Below are positions 38,905 to 49,412 of a stretch of 64,000 nt of DNA, one piece after another. This DNA is from Chloroflexota bacterium. Its GTDB lineage: Bacteria; Chloroflexota; Dehalococcoidia; Lucifugimonadales; Lucifugimonadaceae. Each line of letters begins with the position of its first letter. Within the stretch, counting starts at the first letter, position 1. The stretch is from contig PBKW01000005.1 in the NCBI GenBank assembly GCA_002721615.1, positions 239-64,238 of the forward strand. The letters are read 5' to 3'. Both the position numbers and the translations under genes were made by a program. The notes under the pieces are model-generated. The model worked only from the letters and a program-made list of their open reading frames with translations, was not told the origin of the DNA and searched no databases.

Positions 38905-39555
38905 TTATATTAATCTTTCTTCTAATTCTCTGAGTTTTTCTAATCTCATTACGTTTCGAATTGTTTCAAAATTTTCTATAATTTTTTCTTTAATTTGATG
39001 ATTAAAATTTCTAGAATTTTTTAAGTGTTCTAGTAAAAATAAAGCCTCTGCTTCTGATAGTGGTTCATATTCTCTATGACGTTCTATAACTTCAAACGGA
39101 ATTCCATTATCTATTAATTCTTTAATTGATTTTCCAATAGAAATATCTGAAAAATTGAAAAAAATATTGTTATCTTGATCCTTTTTAGGCATTTTTATTA
39201 TTGATTTTTCTACTAATTCATCAAATAAAAATTTTTCAAGACCTGTAAGTTCTAGAAATTCGTTAATATTTTTAGCAGCTAGACTTTTAATTTTTTGATC
39301 TTTGGTTGAATTTTCTGATTTTTGTTCATCAGGATTATTGATAATATATTTAATCAATTTTAAAGGCATTTTTTCTTTTCTCATTTTTAAAATATCATTT
39401 AACAATTCTACTGATGATTTAGGAAATATTGCTCTAGTTTTAGATGTTTTAAATGGTGGAGGTATAACTTTATTTCGTACATAAAAATTAATTGCAGATG
39501 TAGATAATCCAGTTATTTTTGAAAGTTCGCCAATTGATAAACCATTTTTATTCAT
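38905..39555 (-). CDS. MerR-family transcriptional regulator with an extended C-terminal domain
   Basis: N-terminal HTH LSIGELSKITGLSTSAINFYVRNKVIPP. 216 aa. It is the last gene of the MMPL/ABC-2 gene string. Confidence 0.7.
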   Translation of the reverse strand: MNKNGLSIGELSKITGLSTSAINFYVRNKVIPPPFKTSKTRAIFPKSSVELLNDILKMRKEKMPLKLIKYIINNPDEQKSENSTKDQKIKSLAAKNINEFLELTGLEKFLFDELVEKSIIKMPKKDQDNNIFFNFSDISIGKSIKELIDNGIPFEVIERHREYEPLSEAEALFLLEHLKNSRNFNHQIKEKIIENFETIRNVMRLEKLRELEERLI

Positions 39556-39596
39556 TATACTATTATAAACAAATTAATTAATAATAAAATAATTAA

Positions 39597-40661
39597 TTAT
39601 TCCCACTTAAATGTTTTAGCACATATCAAGAATACAATTGTAAGCCAGATAAATGTGAATCCTAATTGAGGTAAAGTAGAAAGTGTACTATTACCATAAA
39701 GAGTAGAATTTCTTATTCCACTTGCTATATGAGTTAGTGGTAGTGCATTGCTTATATATCCTATAAATTTTGGTAAGAAATCAATAGGAAAGAAAACTCC
39801 TGATAAAAATAACATTGGGAATGTGATTAGGTTTGCTAGAGCTGGTGCACTTTCTTCACTTGGTGAAAGATTTGAAATAGCAAGACCTATAGATAAAAAT
39901 AATATTCCACCTAATAATGAAAATAATAAAATATTTATCCATGCAAATATGCTTCCTTGTCCAACTGATAAACCTAAAACGAATACTCCCATAATTAATA
40001 ATATAATAGTTTGAGTTATGATTATTGAAACTCTTGCTATTAAGTGACCAACTATAAACTGTGAAGGTGATATTGGTGTAGCTTGAAGACGCTTCAAAAC
40101 TCCTTGTTTCTTATAACTTAATAAAGTGAAAATTACAGAAAAGATTCCATTTTGCATTATTGCCATGGCTACTAAGCCTGGTATCACAAAACCTTTATAT
40201 CCCTGATAAGTAATATCTGCAACATTGGATTGAACATATTTAGATATTTCATCAGCATCTAATGTAGATGCTAGTAAGTTTTCAACAAGTTGTAATTCGG
40301 CTTTGTCTCCTTTTCTAGATGTAATCGAAGGCTTACTTAATCTTGGAGTTTTCTCATCAAAATTATTAGGTAATTCTATGAATGCAGCTATACTTCCTTT
40401 TTCTAATGCGTTGTAAGCTTCAGCAGATGATTCAATTTTCACAATGTTTATTACATTTGATTCTTCTAATTTTTGAATAGTTGATTCTGCTTGATTAGAA
40501 TTATTTAAAATTCCCACGTTAGGTGCAGAATAGCCTATAATTTTAAGATTACCGAAGACTAACATTGTAACTATTGGAAAAAATAGAGACCAAAATATTG
40601 ATTGTTTTCTCCTGAAAAACATTTTGCTTACAGCTATTATAAAACTGAGATATATTTTCAT
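39597..40661 (-). CDS. ABC-2 type transporter permease
   Basis: 354 aa. One N-terminal TM segment, a ~130-aa extracytoplasmic loop, then 5 C-terminal TM segments. Abuts the ATPase gene. Confidence 0.75.
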   Translation of the reverse strand: MKIYLSFIIAVSKMFFRRKQSIFWSLFFPIVTMLVFGNLKIIGYSAPNVGILNNSNQAESTIQKLEESNVINIVKIESSAEAYNALEKGSIAAFIELPNNFDEKTPRLSKPSITSRKGDKAELQLVENLLASTLDADEISKYVQSNVADITYQGYKGFVIPGLVAMAIMQNGIFSVIFTLLSYKKQGVLKRLQATPISPSQFIVGHLIARVSIIITQTIILLIMGVFVLGLSVGQGSIFAWINILLFSLLGGILFLSIGLAISNLSPSEESAPALANLITFPMLFLSGVFFPIDFLPKFIGYISNALPLTHIASGIRNSTLYGNSTLSTLPQLGFTFIWLTIVFLICAKTFKWE

Positions 40662-41410
40662 TAATCTTCTCTTAAACTTTTACCAGTTAGGTTTATAAAT
40701 ACATCTTCTAAAGTGGCTTCTCTTACTTTTTTTGTAGACTTAAAGCCTGATTTAGTTAATTCATCAATTAAATTAGATGGAGAATTAATTTTGATAATTT
40801 TTCCTTCATCAATTATTGCTACTCTGTCACATAAAATTTCTGCTTCTTCCATATAATGAGTGGTTAGCACTATAGTTTTTCCATCCTTTTGAAAAGATTT
40901 TATGAGACCCCACATATTTCTTCTTGCTTGAGGGTCTAATCCTGTAGTAGGTTCATCGAAAAACAATACTTTTGGGTTATTTACTAAAGCTACTGCAATA
41001 GATAATCTTTGTTTTTGTCCTCCTGATAAAGGTTTAAAATACGAATCCTTTTTCTTTAAAAGGCCAACTCTATCTAGAATTTCATTTGAATCAACATTTG
41101 ATGAATACAAATCAGCGAATAACTCTACTATTTCACTAAGACTTAGTTCCTCGAAAAAATTTACAGATTGGAGTTGAACTCCTATGATACTTTTTACTTT
41201 TTTTGTTTCTTTACTAACATCAAGGTTATTAATAGTAGCTTCTCCACTAGAAGGTTTTCTTAATCCCTCTAGTATTTCTACTGTAGTTGTTTTACCTGCA
41301 CCATTAGGGCCTAGTAAACCAAATACTTCTCCTTCATTAACTTCGAAACTTATTCCATTTACTGCTACTATATCTTCGTATTTTTTTGTTAAATTTTTTA
41401 CATTAATCAT
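40661..41410 (-). CDS. ABC transporter ATP-binding protein (ABC-2/DrrA-like)
   Basis: Walker A GPNGAGKTT, signature LSGGQKQRL, Walker B LFFDEPTTGLD. Confidence 0.9.
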   Translation of the reverse strand: MINVKNLTKKYEDIVAVNGISFEVNEGEVFGLLGPNGAGKTTTVEILEGLRKPSSGEATINNLDVSKETKKVKSIIGVQLQSVNFFEELSLSEIVELFADLYSSNVDSNEILDRVGLLKKKDSYFKPLSGGQKQRLSIAVALVNNPKVLFFDEPTTGLDPQARRNMWGLIKSFQKDGKTIVLTTHYMEEAEILCDRVAIIDEGKIIKINSPSNLIDELTKSGFKSTKKVREATLEDVFINLTGKSLRED

Positions 41411-44203
41411 TTAACTTGAACTTACAGGAGATCGTTTTTTTGTGTTTATGTTAATTAACATCAGTAAAGATGGTAGCACAAATAATGAAACTGTTAATGC
41501 AAGGAAAATCATTATGGAAGTGAGAATCCCAAAGGTAGAAAACAGTGGCATAGGCGCAAAACCCATGATAGCAAACCCTAAAATACTTGATGCAGCTGAA
41601 GCTAACAAAGCCATTCCTGTTCCATTTATTGATCTGAACAAAGCATCTATAGAATCATTTCTTTTTTTAATTTCTTCTCTGAATCTCATTGTCATATGTA
41701 TTGAAAAATCTACTCCAACTCCTAATGAGATAGCTCCTATAGTTGCGGTAACATAATTGAGGCTGAAATTGAATATATACATTATTCCATATAGCCAAAC
41801 TACAACTAATCCTATAGGGATAATAGTAGCTATAGCATATCTGAACGATCTTAAAATTATTAATATAATTAAAAATGATCCTCCAGCAGCTATAGGTATT
41901 GATCTTCTCATTGCATCTGTTGATGCATTCAATTGATCAAGTCTACTAAAAGGAGATCCTGTGACTCCTATTTTTATATCTTTAGAGAAGTTTGTCTCTC
42001 TTATTGTAGTATTTATATCGTTTCTAACTTGTTCTACATCATCTTCTGAACTAGTCTCACTTAAGAGAACTAAGAAAATTGTTGTAAAGTCATTATTAGT
42101 TTCTTGGTTATACCAAAAATATCTTTGAAACCATCTAGGATCATAAGAAAATTTATTTTTTACTGAAAGTCCATTTTCAAATCCATATTTTAATATTTCT
42201 TGAATTTGAATTTTTGAATCAGGTATTTGATCATTATTAGTGTCAGTAATTTTAATATTTTGAATAATTTCTATTTTTTCTTTTAAATTTGGATTTTCAA
42301 AAATTAATTTAGATACTTTCAATGGATTTAATATTCCTTCTTGATATATATTGCCATTAGAATCTAAACTTATTAACTTTACTTTTTCTAAGTTGGATTT
42401 GAATTTTTCAAAATCTTTTAAAAATTCTGGATTTGTTATATCTCCCTCGAATAATATTTGTGCAGGCTCTCCTCTAGATCCTGAGGAATATTCTTGATAT
42501 TTTTCTAATCCAATTACAAAATCTGATTTATTGTCAAAAAAATCTTTTACGTCAAACTCTGACTTTAAATTTAATGCGCCTATTGCTGCAAATACTGTAA
42601 TTACTATGGATATAGGTAGTACAATATAATATCTTTTTGCGATAAGAAAAAAATATTTTGCTAATTTTTCATCAAATGTTCTTTGATAATTTTCTTCCTT
42701 TTTCAATAAACCTTGAGATGATTTTTTGTTGAGATAAATTGGGAGCAAAATATTTAGGAAAAGTATTGACAGTGATATTACAAAACCTAGTAGCATTGCA
42801 ATGAAATCACTTCCCAATAAATCTCCAAATACAACTACTGATATCACTGCAGTTCCAGATAATATTGGAGTAGTAAGGAAATTAATTTGTCTTACAATTT
42901 TTTCAGATAATGATCTTTCATTTTTTATTAGAGGTATAATTTTACTGTATGCAAGAGGGACTAAAATACCTAATACTAAATAAGAGAGAAAGGTAGCTAA
43001 GGTTGCAGCTAATCCAAAATACAATACGCTTTCAACTCCTGCAAAAGCATTTGCTATAAAAGCAGTACTATCTGTTAATAATGCTAACGTTAGAGCTCCT
43101 AGAACACCGCTCATTCCAAAAAAGAAGAATTTGTCATCTCCTCTTTTTCTTTCTTCTTGCATTCTTTTTAAAGCATGAATTGCAAAATCAACTCCAAGTG
43201 AAACCATTGCTATAGGTACAATCAAGTCACTTATTAAACCCCCTTTGAATCCTAATATCACAGAAATCCCTTTCAGAAGAATCATTAACATTATTAAGCC
43301 TAATCCAACTAGAACCATAGCCCAATATGATCTTAAAAAAATTCCTGCAATTGCTATAGCTGCAATTACTGTTGCTGTAATGAACAAACCTGCAATTGAA
43401 CCTTCATCTGCTGCTTCTAGATTAACGTCAACTGCAATACCATAAATTTTAAAATTCTCATTTTCACCGTTTAGAATTTCAATAATTTTCCTAGAATATC
43501 TTTCTTTATTTAGGGCGGTTTCTCCTGCTCCTAATTCAATTCCAAAATTTCCTCCACCTAATTTTAAATTGTCAGATAATACTTCTATAAAAATTCCTGG
43601 AGATGTCCAATAATCTATTTCTTCTCCATTTAAAGTTCTTTTTTCACTCTTAGCTTTACTAGACAACACATCTTTAGGGTTACCGAGAAGTTTGCTATCT
43701 AGAATTCTGCTTATGGCAATTTTTACATCATTTTCTGTAGCATCATTTAATCCATTAGGAAATCGGGGATCTAATTTTAGAGTGTCATCTACGATATTCG
43801 CAAAACTATATATTCCTTTGAAACTTGTTTTTGAGACTTCATTGTATCCTTGCCAAAAATAACTGTTTTTTTCAAGAGTTCCAACAACTAATTGTTGTTT
43901 TTCATCCATCTGAATTAATTTATTTTGATTTTGAAGTAGTTCTAGCAGACTTTTCTTGTCGGTTACATCTCCATAATTTGAATCAACAATCATTGAAACC
44001 CATTGAACAGATTCTACAAATTTTTCATTTACTTGTTCTTGAACTTGATATGCTTCTTTTTTAGGGTCGAGTGATGCAGTCCCTGGATCTTCAAATACTA
44101 ATGGTGTAAAAGTAATTAGTAAGGTTATTAAAAAAAAGATAAATATAATTTGCAGAGCAAACTTTTCAATTAAATGGATAAAATTTTTATTTAATGTAGT
44201 CAC
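41411..44203 (-). CDS. MMPL/RND-superfamily membrane transporter
   Basis: 930 aa with a GTG start. Two blocks of about 6 TM segments, each preceded by a large soluble loop. Directly abuts the ABC ATPase gene (0-bp gap). Confidence 0.75.
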   Translation of the reverse strand: MTTLNKNFIHLIEKFALQIIFIFFLITLLITFTPLVFEDPGTASLDPKKEAYQVQEQVNEKFVESVQWVSMIVDSNYGDVTDKKSLLELLQNQNKLIQMDEKQQLVVGTLEKNSYFWQGYNEVSKTSFKGIYSFANIVDDTLKLDPRFPNGLNDATENDVKIAISRILDSKLLGNPKDVLSSKAKSEKRTLNGEEIDYWTSPGIFIEVLSDNLKLGGGNFGIELGAGETALNKERYSRKIIEILNGENENFKIYGIAVDVNLEAADEGSIAGLFITATVIAAIAIAGIFLRSYWAMVLVGLGLIMLMILLKGISVILGFKGGLISDLIVPIAMVSLGVDFAIHALKRMQEERKRGDDKFFFFGMSGVLGALTLALLTDSTAFIANAFAGVESVLYFGLAATLATFLSYLVLGILVPLAYSKIIPLIKNERSLSEKIVRQINFLTTPILSGTAVISVVVFGDLLGSDFIAMLLGFVISLSILFLNILLPIYLNKKSSQGLLKKEENYQRTFDEKLAKYFFLIAKRYYIVLPISIVITVFAAIGALNLKSEFDVKDFFDNKSDFVIGLEKYQEYSSGSRGEPAQILFEGDITNPEFLKDFEKFKSNLEKVKLISLDSNGNIYQEGILNPLKVSKLIFENPNLKEKIEIIQNIKITDTNNDQIPDSKIQIQEILKYGFENGLSVKNKFSYDPRWFQRYFWYNQETNNDFTTIFLVLLSETSSEDDVEQVRNDINTTIRETNFSKDIKIGVTGSPFSRLDQLNASTDAMRRSIPIAAGGSFLIILIILRSFRYAIATIIPIGLVVVWLYGIMYIFNFSLNYVTATIGAISLGVGVDFSIHMTMRFREEIKKRNDSIDALFRSINGTGMALLASAASSILGFAIMGFAPMPLFSTFGILTSIMIFLALTVSLFVLPSLLMLININTKKRSPVSSS

Positions 44204-44250
44204 AACATTTAATTTTATGTAAGAATTAATTGTTTTTTGTTAATAAATAG

Positions 44251-46716
44251 TTAAACAACAAAATTAACTAACTTTTCCTTTACATAAATTTCTCTTTTAA
44301 TTTCTTGAGATTCTAAAATATTTTTGATTTTTTCTAGATTTAATGCCAAAGAAATAATTTCTTTGTCTTCTAGATTTTTATTTATAACAAATTGATCTCT
44401 TAATTTTCCGTTGATTTGGACAATAATAGTTATATCTTCATCTGCAGCTAAATTTTCATCCCAACTTGGTAAATTTTCTTGATGAACACTAAATTTATAT
44501 CCATTCTTTTCCCATAATTCCTCTGTTATATGAGGAGCCATAGGTGCAAGCAGAAGGATAATTATTTTTATTGATTCTTTCCAAGCATTTTGGGATATTT
44601 TTCTTTCATCCCAAAATTTATTCATCAGATTTGTCATTTCCATTAGTGAAGAAATTGCAGTATTGAATTTGAATATTTTTAGATCATTAATTACTTTTTT
44701 TATTGTTTTGTGAGAAAGTTTCTTTATGTAAATATCATCTTTTTGGTTTTCTTGAATTAATTCAGATGTATCTCTAGTGCAAATATTCCAAATACGCTTT
44801 AACCATCTTGTAATACCATTAAAAGATTCATCGCTCCAATCTCCTCCTTGATCCCATGGTCCAAGAAACATCAAATAAAGCCTTACTGCATCTGCTCCAT
44901 GTTCTTTTACTAAAGGGTCTGGTGCTAGAGGATTAGATCTTTTAGAGATTTTTTGATGATCTTTCAGAAGAACACCTTGATTAAATAATCTTTTATAGGG
45001 TTCATTGAATTTAAAGTATCCTAAATCTCTTAAAACTTTATTGAAAAATCTTGCATAAAGCAGATGCATTACAGCATGTTCTGCTCCTCCCATATATTGG
45101 TGTACAGGCATCCAAGAATCTAATTTGGGTTTATTAAAAGGTTTTTCTTGAGGATTAGGGCTAGCAAATCTAAGGTGGTACCATGAAGAATCTACAAAAG
45201 TATCCATTGTATCTGTTTCTCTTCTCATTTTTCCGTATTTTGGATGATTTATCGATAAGAAGTCTTCATCTAATGTTAAAGGAGATTGTCCAGTAGGTTT
45301 AAATTCTTTTGCATCTGGCAGTATTACAGGTAGGTCTTCTTTTGAAACAGGATGAATTTCTCCATTTTGATCGTACATTATAGGAATTGGGGTTCCCCAG
45401 TATCTTTGTCTTGAAATTAACCAATCACGTAAATGATAAGTAATAGTTTTTTTTCCAAAATTTTTCTTTTCAATCAAATTTGATATTTTTTCGATAGCTA
45501 ATTTACTAGATAATCCATCAAATGAACTAGAATTAACTAGAATACCTTCTCCGGTGTATGCTTCTGTTAAATTTTCACCATTCCAGTTAGGAGGAGATAT
45601 AACTATTTTTATAGGAAGGTTATATTTTTGAGCGAAATCATAGTCTCTCTGATCGTGACCAGGGACACTCATCACTGCTCCAGTCCCATAAGTACTTAGA
45701 ACATAATCTCCAATAAAAATTGGAACCTTTTCATTGTTTAATGGATTTTTACAATATGATCCTGTGAAAACTCCTGTTTTATCTCTTTCTGTTGAAGTTC
45801 TATCTATTTCACTAGTAGATATAGCAAGCTTTTTATAAGATTCTACAGCCTCTTTTTGTTCTGAAGTTGTTATCAAATCGACTAATTTGTTTTCAGGAGC
45901 TAATACTAAAAAAGTTACTCCAAAAATAGTATCTATTCTAGTAGTAAAAGTGGTAATTGTTTTTTCAGAAATAGATAAATGAGATATATCAAAATTTATT
46001 TCAACTCCATTAGATTTTCCGATCCAGTTTTTTTGCATATTTTTAATACGATCTGGCCATTCAAGTTCATCCATTTCCAACAATTCTTCTGCATAATCAG
46101 TTATTTTTAGATACCATTGAGGCATCATTTTTTTGATTACTTCAGCGCCTGATCTTTCAGATTTTCCATCTTTTACTTGTTCATTTGCTAAAGTAGTTTG
46201 ATCTATTGGATCCCACCATACTGGTCCATCTTTTCTGTATGCGATTCCATTTGAATACATTTCAAGAAAGAAATATTGGTTCCATTTGTAATATTCAGGG
46301 GTACAAGTTAATAGTTCTCTGTGCCAGTCGTATGAATTTCCCATCAATTTAAATTGACGTCTCATATTATTGATATTTTCGAATGTCCATTTTTTGGGAT
46401 TAATGTTTCTTTCTATAGCAGCGTTTTCTGCTGGTAGGCCAAATGCATCAAAGCCTTGAGGGTGCATTACATTATATCCTTTCATTCTCATATATCTAGC
46501 ATGAGCATCTGCAGGAGTGAATGCATACCAATGACCTATATGTAAGTCACCTGAAGGATATGGAAACATTGTAAGGGCAAAATAATTGTCTTTATTCTTT
46601 TTAGTATCTGGTGTTTTGTAGAGTTCATTTTCTTCCCAGATTTTTTGCCATTTAGGCTCTATTTCTGCAGGATTATAAGGTATGAAATTAGGATTATTTT
46701 TGATATTTTTGGTCAA
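44251..46716 (-). CDS. leuS: Leucine--tRNA ligase
   Basis: 821 aa. HIGH motif (DLHIGHWY) and a KMSKS-like KISKRS. Confidence 0.95.
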   Translation of the reverse strand: MTKNIKNNPNFIPYNPAEIEPKWQKIWEENELYKTPDTKKNKDNYFALTMFPYPSGDLHIGHWYAFTPADAHARYMRMKGYNVMHPQGFDAFGLPAENAAIERNINPKKWTFENINNMRRQFKLMGNSYDWHRELLTCTPEYYKWNQYFFLEMYSNGIAYRKDGPVWWDPIDQTTLANEQVKDGKSERSGAEVIKKMMPQWYLKITDYAEELLEMDELEWPDRIKNMQKNWIGKSNGVEINFDISHLSISEKTITTFTTRIDTIFGVTFLVLAPENKLVDLITTSEQKEAVESYKKLAISTSEIDRTSTERDKTGVFTGSYCKNPLNNEKVPIFIGDYVLSTYGTGAVMSVPGHDQRDYDFAQKYNLPIKIVISPPNWNGENLTEAYTGEGILVNSSSFDGLSSKLAIEKISNLIEKKNFGKKTITYHLRDWLISRQRYWGTPIPIMYDQNGEIHPVSKEDLPVILPDAKEFKPTGQSPLTLDEDFLSINHPKYGKMRRETDTMDTFVDSSWYHLRFASPNPQEKPFNKPKLDSWMPVHQYMGGAEHAVMHLLYARFFNKVLRDLGYFKFNEPYKRLFNQGVLLKDHQKISKRSNPLAPDPLVKEHGADAVRLYLMFLGPWDQGGDWSDESFNGITRWLKRIWNICTRDTSELIQENQKDDIYIKKLSHKTIKKVINDLKIFKFNTAISSLMEMTNLMNKFWDERKISQNAWKESIKIIILLLAPMAPHITEELWEKNGYKFSVHQENLPSWDENLAADEDITIIVQINGKLRDQFVINKNLEDKEIISLALNLEKIKNILESQEIKREIYVKEKLVNFVV

Positions 46717-46729
46717 TATTTTCTCCAGA

Positions 46730-48016
46730 TTATGGTCTATTTACAGATCCATCAGCACGTCTATCAATTAACATTCCTCCTCCCATTTTTCTTTCTTTAT
46801 GAGGAAATTTAAGCGCTAATTCTTCGTTAATATCTATTCCTAGTCCAGGTTTGTTATTTGGCCACATGAATCCATCTTTCACTTCTGGGCATCCTGGAAA
46901 TACTTCTTTAGTTCTTTCACCAAAAATTGAATATTCTTGTATACCAAAGTTCCAACTACTAATATCTAGCATTAAATTAGCTGCGTGACCTACTGGAGAT
47001 GTGTCTCCTGGACCATGCCAGGCTGTCCTAACTCCGAAAGCTTCGCATAATCCAGCAAGTTTTTTTGCTGGAGTAAGTCCACCTATATCCGAAATATGTA
47101 TTCTAATGAAATCTATTAACCTGTCTTTTATCATGGGAATGTATTCACTAGGGTTGTTATATAATTCTCCCATTGCCATAGGAGTAGAACATTGTTGTCT
47201 TACCATTCTGAAATAATCATTGTCTTCTGGTGCAAATAAGTCTTCAAGAAAAAAAAGTTGATATTTTTCTACTTCTTTTGCCATCCATACTCCTAAAATT
47301 GGAGGTATTCTTTGATGTACATCATGAAGTATTTCAATTTCGAATCCAAATTTAGATCTAATGTGATCCAACAATTTTAATGCACTTCTAACATAAGGTT
47401 TAGGTTCGAATATGCCTTCTATTCTTTGTTTGAATTGTTCTTTATTTTGAGGCACAGTGTTTCTTTGAGTAATCCATTGGGGGCCATCTTGAGGATGTCT
47501 TTCCCCTCCAAAATTTCCTTCTGCACCATAACCTGAAAATCCAGGAGTTCCAACTTGAACTCTTATATGATGATAGCCATCTTCCATAAGTTTTGAGAAT
47601 TTTTCTTCTACTTCTTTTATGTCTTTACCACTTGCGTGTGCATAAACAGCAGCAGCTTCTCTAGTTTTTCCTCCAAACATATCGTATAAAGGTAAGCCTG
47701 CAATTTTTCCTTTAATATCCCATAATGCTTGGTCAACTCCACTTATAGCATTATTGAGTACACTTCCATTCTTCCAATATGAACTTTGATAATTGTACTG
47801 CCAAATATCTTCGATATTATGAGGGCTTTGATTTATTAATAAAGGTTTGAGGTAGTCATTAATAGCAGATGCTACAGCTAAAGGTCTTTGTTGAAAAGTT
47901 GCACAACCTAATCCATATAATTCTGGTTCAGTAGTTTCAATTTTAACTATTACCAACCTTATATTGTCTGGTTCTGTCATAATTACTTTCACATCTTTAA
48001 TTTTTATATCTTTCAT
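46730..48016 (-). CDS. Enolase-superfamily D-mannonate/D-galactonate dehydratase family protein (ManD/RspA-like)
   Basis: 428 aa. The N-terminus VIMTEPDNIRLVIVKIETTEPELYGLGCATFQQRPLAVASAINDYLKPLLI..IEDIWQ parallels RspA/ManD. HDVHQR and FLEDLF metal-ligand contexts. Confidence 0.85.
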   Translation of the reverse strand: MKDIKIKDVKVIMTEPDNIRLVIVKIETTEPELYGLGCATFQQRPLAVASAINDYLKPLLINQSPHNIEDIWQYNYQSSYWKNGSVLNNAISGVDQALWDIKGKIAGLPLYDMFGGKTREAAAVYAHASGKDIKEVEEKFSKLMEDGYHHIRVQVGTPGFSGYGAEGNFGGERHPQDGPQWITQRNTVPQNKEQFKQRIEGIFEPKPYVRSALKLLDHIRSKFGFEIEILHDVHQRIPPILGVWMAKEVEKYQLFFLEDLFAPEDNDYFRMVRQQCSTPMAMGELYNNPSEYIPMIKDRLIDFIRIHISDIGGLTPAKKLAGLCEAFGVRTAWHGPGDTSPVGHAANLMLDISSWNFGIQEYSIFGERTKEVFPGCPEVKDGFMWPNNKPGLGIDINEELALKFPHKERKMGGGMLIDRRADGSVNRP

Positions 48017-48023
48017 ATCTTCC

Positions 48024-48563
48024 TTATTGTTCTTTTACTTCTAATAAGCTAACTTCAAATATTATTGTTGTATTTGCAGGTATTACACCTGGGATTCCCA
48101 TTGGGCCATAACCTAAATGAGGTGGTATTTCTAATCTTCTTACTCCACCTATTTTCATACCTGGTATACCTTCATCCCAACCTTGAATAACTGCTCGAGA
48201 GCCTATTGGAAAACTTGCTGGAGTATTACGAAGGTAAGAGCTATCGAAAATACATCCATTTTCTAGCCATCCGGTGTAATGTACTGTAACCATATTTCCT
48301 GATTTAACTTGAGGATCTTTTCCCATCTTTATATCAAGAACTTTTAAGCCACTAGCTTTTTGAGTGTAACTCATAGAAGAGTTGTCTCCGAATCGTGGTG
48401 CAGTTTCTGGATATTTGTCATTTTTACATGCACTAGCTGGCATCGTAGGTTCTATGATAGGTATGGATACATCTTCAGGTACTTGTGCTCCAGACCTACA
48501 TGACAATGACATTAATACTACAATTATTAATATATGCAATAAAATATAGTTTTTAATTTTCAT
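48024..48563 (-). CDS. FKBP-type peptidyl-prolyl cis-trans isomerase, lipoprotein
   Basis: Signal peptide with lipobox LSC. FKBP_C core VHYTGWLENGCIFDSS...GWDEGIPGMKIGGVRRLEIPPHLGYG. Confidence 0.85.
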   Translation of the reverse strand: MKIKNYILLHILIIVVLMSLSCRSGAQVPEDVSIPIIEPTMPASACKNDKYPETAPRFGDNSSMSYTQKASGLKVLDIKMGKDPQVKSGNMVTVHYTGWLENGCIFDSSYLRNTPASFPIGSRAVIQGWDEGIPGMKIGGVRRLEIPPHLGYGPMGIPGVIPANTTIIFEVSLLEVKEQ

Positions 48564-48564
48564 A

Positions 48565-49314
48565 TCAATTACCTAGTTTATTTGAGAATTCTTTAAGTCC
48601 TGATGTCACCCATGGGGTAATATTAGTAGCTAAGAATTTAACTCCTAAATTTTTGTAATGTTCAACATTTTGGTTAGTTACTAATGCTCCAGAAGTTCTA
48701 CCTGATTTTGAAATTTTTAAAAGTGTTTTATCAATAACATTTTGAACCACTTTATCTGTACTTCTACCAATATAACCCATGGTTGATGCTAAATCATTAG
48801 GCGCAACGAAGAAGACATCTATATGGTCTACTTTAAGTATTTCATCAAGGTTTTCAACAGCTATGATGTCTTCTATCAAAACAATTAATAAGGATTCATC
48901 ATTTGCTTTTAAGAAATAATCATTGACCCCATAACCTTGTCTACTTGTAGCCATTCCTCTTTTACCTATTGGTGCAAATTTACCCGCATCTACAACATTT
49001 TTTGCTTCTTCTACTGTATTTACATGAGGAACACAAATTCCTTGACTTCCTCTATCAAGAGTTCTGTAAATTACTCCTTCTTCATTTTGATGTACTCGAG
49101 TAATTGAAGTTTTTCCCCATAAATCACAAGCTCTAGTTAAATCTGAAATATCTGCAAAATCAATTCCTCCATGTTCAGCTTCTAACCATACTCCATCAAA
49201 ATTTTCAGGACCTATTTGATCAATTTGATCTGCATTGGCTAATCCCATTAAAGTTGTTGTAACTTTTCCTTGGTTTAATTTTTCTTTGATTCGATTTTTT
49301 CTAATAGTTGACAT
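48565..49314 (-). CDS. HpcH/HpaI-family 2-keto-3-deoxy-acid aldolase
   Basis: 249 aa. The overall pattern (GVWLEAEHG, VPHVNTVEEA, IEDIIAVENLDEI, FVAPNDLA) is typical of class II pyruvate aldolases. Confidence 0.8.
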   Translation of the reverse strand: MSTIRKNRIKEKLNQGKVTTTLMGLANADQIDQIGPENFDGVWLEAEHGGIDFADISDLTRACDLWGKTSITRVHQNEEGVIYRTLDRGSQGICVPHVNTVEEAKNVVDAGKFAPIGKRGMATSRQGYGVNDYFLKANDESLLIVLIEDIIAVENLDEILKVDHIDVFFVAPNDLASTMGYIGRSTDKVVQNVIDKTLLKISKSGRTSGALVTNQNVEHYKNLGVKFLATNITPWVTSGLKEFSNKLGN

Positions 49315-49412
49315 CTTTATCCTTTTATAGACTATCTATTTAATGAGAAACAATTATTTTTCATTTAGATTATTTTTATTTTTGTAATGCTAAGTTACTA
49401 TCAAATTATACT

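Noticed and set aside
49315-49412. A possible TPP riboswitch upstream of the membrane-protein/thiD pair.
   Set aside because: The spacer is only 98 bp and almost purely A/T. It lacks the conserved CUGAGA and ACCUGAUCUGGAUAAUGCCAGCG-like elements.
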